A stretch of 64,000 nt of DNA from an uncultured Acidobacteriota bacterium (lineage in GTDB: Bacteria; Acidobacteriota; UBA4820; DSQY01), in assembly GCA_963772255.1 (NCBI GenBank), contig CAVYWK010000022.1:65388-129387 (forward strand), given 5' to 3'. Of this stretch, positions 63,213 to 64,000 are shown in pieces. How positions within the stretch are numbered: the first letter of the stretch is position 1; each line of letters begins with the position of its first letter. The position numbers and the translations under genes are program-made. Under the pieces are notes generated by a model. The model worked only from the letters and a program-made list of their open reading frames with translations. It did no database searches and had not been told where the DNA came from.

Positions 63213-63989
63213 TCACCGGGTGATGGCGGCCTTCCGCCGCCAGAGGTAGACACCCGCGGCCGCGCCGAAAGCCACCACCGCCACGATCTGGGAAAGGGAG
63301 ACGGCGCCGCCGAAGTAGAGGCCGCGCACGTCGTCGCCCCGCAGGAACTCCAGCAGGCCCCGGGCCACGGCGTAGGTCATCACATAGACGAGGAAGACCT
63401 GGCCGGAAAACGCGCGCCGCCTGAAGAGCCAGAACAGGAGCGCGAAGATGGCCCAGTCCGCCAGGCTCTCGTAAAGGGGCCACGGGTGGATGTGGGTCCC
63501 GTCCGCGCAGATCGGCACCGCGGGGAACACCATCCCCCAGGGCAGCTGGGTCGGCTTCCCGTAGCAGCACCCCGCGAAGAAGCATCCCCACCGGCCCATG
63601 GCCTGCCCCATGGCGAGACACACCACCGTCACGTCCGCCGCGTCGTAGAAGCGGATCTTGTGCTTGCGCAGGTAGTAGACGGCCACGAGGACGCCGGCGA
63701 TAAACCCGCCGTAGAACGCCCCGAAAGATCGCAGGTTCTCGATCATGAACTGCACGGGGTGATCCGCGAAGGCGCTGAAGTCCCCGATGATGAGGGCCAC
63801 CTTGGCTCCCACGAAAGCGCCCAGGAGGCTGAAGACGAACAGGTCCACGAGCTTCTCGGGGTCCAGTCCGGCCTGGGGGGCCAGCATCCGGCCCAGGGCG
63901 ATGGCCGCCAGGGCCGCGATGGCCAGGAGCACGCCGTACGTGCCCACGGGAAAACTACCGATGGTGAACAGGATCGGGTGCATGGTCAC
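63213..63989 (-). CDS. lgt: prolipoprotein diacylglyceryl transferase
   Basis: 258 aa. It has the Lgt signature GRWGCFFAGCCYGKPT and a polytopic membrane profile. Confidence 0.9.
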   Translation of the reverse strand: MTMHPILFTIGSFPVGTYGVLLAIAALAAIALGRMLAPQAGLDPEKLVDLFVFSLLGAFVGAKVALIIGDFSAFADHPVQFMIENLRSFGAFYGGFIAGVLVAVYYLRKHKIRFYDAADVTVVCLAMGQAMGRWGCFFAGCCYGKPTQLPWGMVFPAVPICADGTHIHPWPLYESLADWAIFALLFWLFRRRAFSGQVFLVYVMTYAVARGLLEFLRGDDVRGLYFGGAVSLSQIVAVVAFGAAAGVYLWRRKAAITR

Positions 63990-64000
63990 CCTCCGGAGTG

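Overview
This is a high-GC (about 65% by eye) chromosomal segment from a bacterium with Gram-negative-type envelope genes (lgt, ftsEX, an outer-membrane porin, many periplasmic c-type cytochromes). I cannot assign a taxon. About 60 protein genes are supportable. They include housekeeping genes (thyX, ftsEX, split transketolase, aceE/aceF, pgi, glnE, rsmI, rluD, lgt, queF, ogt). There is a ~9.5 kb block of multihaem cytochromes containing two cytochrome/FeS/NrfD quinone-module triplets. There is also an archaeal-type thiolase/HMG-CoA synthase/DUF35 operon, a histidine kinase/NtrC-like/porin/AmtB block, an ECF sigma operon and an MglA-like GTPase. I recognised no rRNA, tRNA or CRISPR array by eye.

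Three things stand out.
1. In three separate places the 3' end of a gene is duplicated and the copies bracket extra DNA: two ~0.18 kb structured elements behind a thiolase, a 2 kb sulfatase cassette behind the DUF35 gene, and a 5.5 kb block behind aceF. In two of these (thiolase, DUF35) the displaced copy looks like a diverged coding end, which is the signature of site-specific integration or accretion. No recombinase gene is in the window.
2. A family of intergenic hairpins has arms built from tandem 7-8 nt repeats whose sequence differs between loci.
3. Twelve single-base indels (ten of them insertions) are clustered in six genes. Either the assembly is locally error-prone or these genes are decaying.

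A ~310-330 bp MITE-like element bounded by terminal inverted repeats occurs twice. The ORF track omits ORFs that run off the window edge, and it contains many long GC-driven shadow ORFs that I did not call.
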